From assembly GCA_976551045.1 (NCBI GenBank), contig CDPCPM010000458.1:2232001-2296000 (forward strand): a stretch of 64,000 nucleotides of DNA. Reading direction: 5' to 3'. Positions 61,703 to 64,000 of this stretch are shown piece after piece (position 1 is the first letter of the stretch; every line of letters begins with the position of its first letter). Source of the DNA: Glaucostegus cemiculus (taxonomy: Eukaryota). Below the pieces are notes generated by a model, which was given only the letters and a program-made list of their open reading frames with translations, did no database searches and was not told the DNA's origin. Both the position numbers and the translations under genes were made by a program.

Positions 61703-62085
61703 TGGTAAATTAGTTTATTATTGTCACATGTACCGAGGTACAGTGAAAATTTTGTCTTGCATACTGTCCGTACAGATCAGTTCATTACAACAGTGCATTG
61801 AGGTAGTACAAGGTGAAACAATAATAGAGTGCAGAATAAAGAGCTAGAGTTACAGAGAAAGTGCAGTGCAGGCAGACAATAAGGTGCAAGGTCACAATGA
61901 GGTAGATTGTGAGGTCAAGAGTTCATCTTATTGTATAAGGGAACCATTCAATAGTCTTATATCAGTGGGATGGAAGCTGTCATTGAGCCTGGTGGTACGG
62001 GCTTTCAGGCTTTTGTATCTTCTGCCCGATGGGAGAGGGGAGAAGGGAGAATGTCCAGGGTGGGTGAGGTCGTTGATTATGCTGC
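61703..62085 (-). mobile_element. Rex1/Babar 3' fragment, 5' end abutting a Penelope pLTR piece (62080-62122)
   Basis: ORF 61928..62266 C-terminus IINDLTHPGHSPFSPLPSGRRYKSLKARTTRLNDSFHP. Confidence 0.9.
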
Positions 62086-62788
62086 CTGACCTGCTGAGTT
62101 CCTCCAGCATATTATGTGTGTTGGTCAAGAATCCCCGCACGTCCTTGAGGTCACTTTGTCTACAAATTACAAGGGAGACTATGGTTCTGTTACCACTTAC
62201 AGTTTTCTTTTTTGTGATGCAGAGTTTAAGGTCACACAACTCAAACTGTCCTTTTCTGAAATGCATAGAGTATCACAGATTCCCTGATCACAGATTGTAA
62301 ACTGACCCTTTTGGATGAGGGTCAAGGTTTAAATAGAAACAGAGCTGGAGCAGACAGTTAACCTTAAACCCTGCCACCCCCAGCAACTCCAACAACCCTT
62401 TCACCACTCTTTGCATTCACCCTTATTTTATTCCATTGCAAACTAATTTTTGCTCTCAAACCAGTCAACAAAGCTGATTACTCTTACTGGACAAAAGCTC
62501 ATTGACCAAATTAAACAGTGTTTTAATGGATGTTTCAATTGGTACTAAGTAGAACCATTCATTTTAATTTGCATTATATGAGATGAAAACAGTTCTTAAC
62601 AGCAACTGAATCAAAACAAAACATTTATTAAAGAAAACTCAATTGACTGCATGTATGTCTTTCAATTCTCTAAGGTTAAAACTAATATTTGGAATATAAA
62701 CAAATTTTGTACAAAAAAATACTCTCGTCAAAATAAAAAATGCCCTTGTCTTTCATTTCAAATGTGATTTTTTTTCCAACACAGGGTA

Positions 62789-64000
62789 CAGAACATAGAA
62801 TATTACAGCACAGTACAGGCCCTTCAGCCCACAATATTGTGCCGACATTTTATCCTGCTCTAAGATCTATATAACCCTTTCCCCCCATTTCTCCATCATT
62901 CATGTGTCTATCTAAGAGTATCTGAAATGTGCCTAATGTATCTGCCCCCACAACCTCTGCCGGCAGTACGTTCCACGCACTCTCCACTCTCTGTGTAAAA
63001 AAAACTATCCCTGACATCCCCCTTATATCTTCCTCCAATCACCTTAAGATTATGTCCACTTGTGTTAACCATTGTCGTTCTGGGAAAGAATCTCTGGCTG
63101 TCCACTCGATCTATGCCTCTTATCATCTTGTACACCTCTATAAAGTCACTTCTCATCCTCCTGTCCAAATAGAAAAGCACTAGCTCACTAAACCTATCCT
63201 CATAAGACATGCTCTCCAATCCAGGCAGCATCCTGGTAAATCTCCTCTGCACCTTCTCTAAAGCTTCTACATCCTTCCTATAATGAGGCGGCCAGAACTG
63301 AATACAATACTCCAAGTGTGGTCTAAGCAGAGTTCTATAGAGCTGCAACGTCACCTCACAGCTCTTGAACTCAATACCCCGACTAATGAAGGCCAACACT
63401 CCACACGCCTTCTTAACAACCTTTCTTCCTCTTGACAAGATATTCTACATCTCTTGTCAACCACGGTTCCTTCACTCTACCATCCTTACCCTGCCTCAAT
63501 GGAACAAACCTATCCAAAACCCCATGCAAGTATTCCTTAAACAACCTCCACATTTCCTCTGTGCACTTCCCCAAGAACATCTGTTCCCAATTTATGCTCC
63601 CAAGTTCCTTTACCATAATTCCCCCTCCCACAGTTAAATACTTTCCCATATTGTCTGTTCCTATTCTTCTCCAAGGTTATGGTAAAGGTCAAAGAGTTAT
63701 GGCCACTGTCTCCAAAATGCTCTCCCATCAAGAGCTCTGAAACCTGATCGGGCTCATTGCCTAGTACCAGGTCCAGTATGGCCTCTCCTGTAGCTGGCCT
63801 GTCCACATACTGTGTCAAGAATCCTTCCTGTACCCAACTTACAACCTCCGTCCCATCTATCCCCCTTACACTAAGGAGATGCCAATCAATATTGGGGAAG
63901 TTGAAATTACCCATGACAATAACCCTGTTATTTTTGCACCTCTCCAAAATCTGCCTCCCAATCTGCCCCTCGGTGTCTCTACTGCTATTGGGGGGGTGGG
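62789..64000 (-). mobile_element. CR1 LINE with APE endonuclease region joined directly to the RT C-terminus; runs off the window
   Basis: ORF 63537..63947 has VIVMGNFNFPNIDW...LDLVLGN..GDSGHN (APE). ORF 62908..63438 has LYRTLLRPHLEYCIQFW. Junction at ~63420. Confidence 0.92.

Overview
Eukaryotic, repeat-dense, CpG-depleted DNA, inferred from its repeat families to be from a cartilaginous fish (shark or ray). It contains one 236-N assembly gap. I find no supportable host protein-coding exon, tRNA, rRNA or CRISPR array, so the window looks like a large intron or gene desert. Every ORF-track hit I can recognise is a transposon remnant: CR1 LINE RT/APE pieces, Rex1/Babar LINE 3' ends, a third RTE-X/Jockey-like LINE, L2 3' ends, Penelope-like elements (GIY-YIG C-termini plus pseudo-LTRs with minimal hammerhead ribozyme motifs), tRNA-derived V-SINEs, Deu-domain SINEs, a decayed Gypsy gag-pol and two families of solo LTRs with 5-bp TSDs. 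The most notable details are one hammerhead core that is still intact, four solo LTRs of one family, a 669-bp solo LTR with promoter motifs, a 114-bp locally templated insertion, an interstitial (TTAGGG)3 insertion, and SINEs that share a head but carry tails from two different LINE clades. I see no convincing novel multi-gene system. Repeat boundaries are read by eye and approximate unless a TSD is given.
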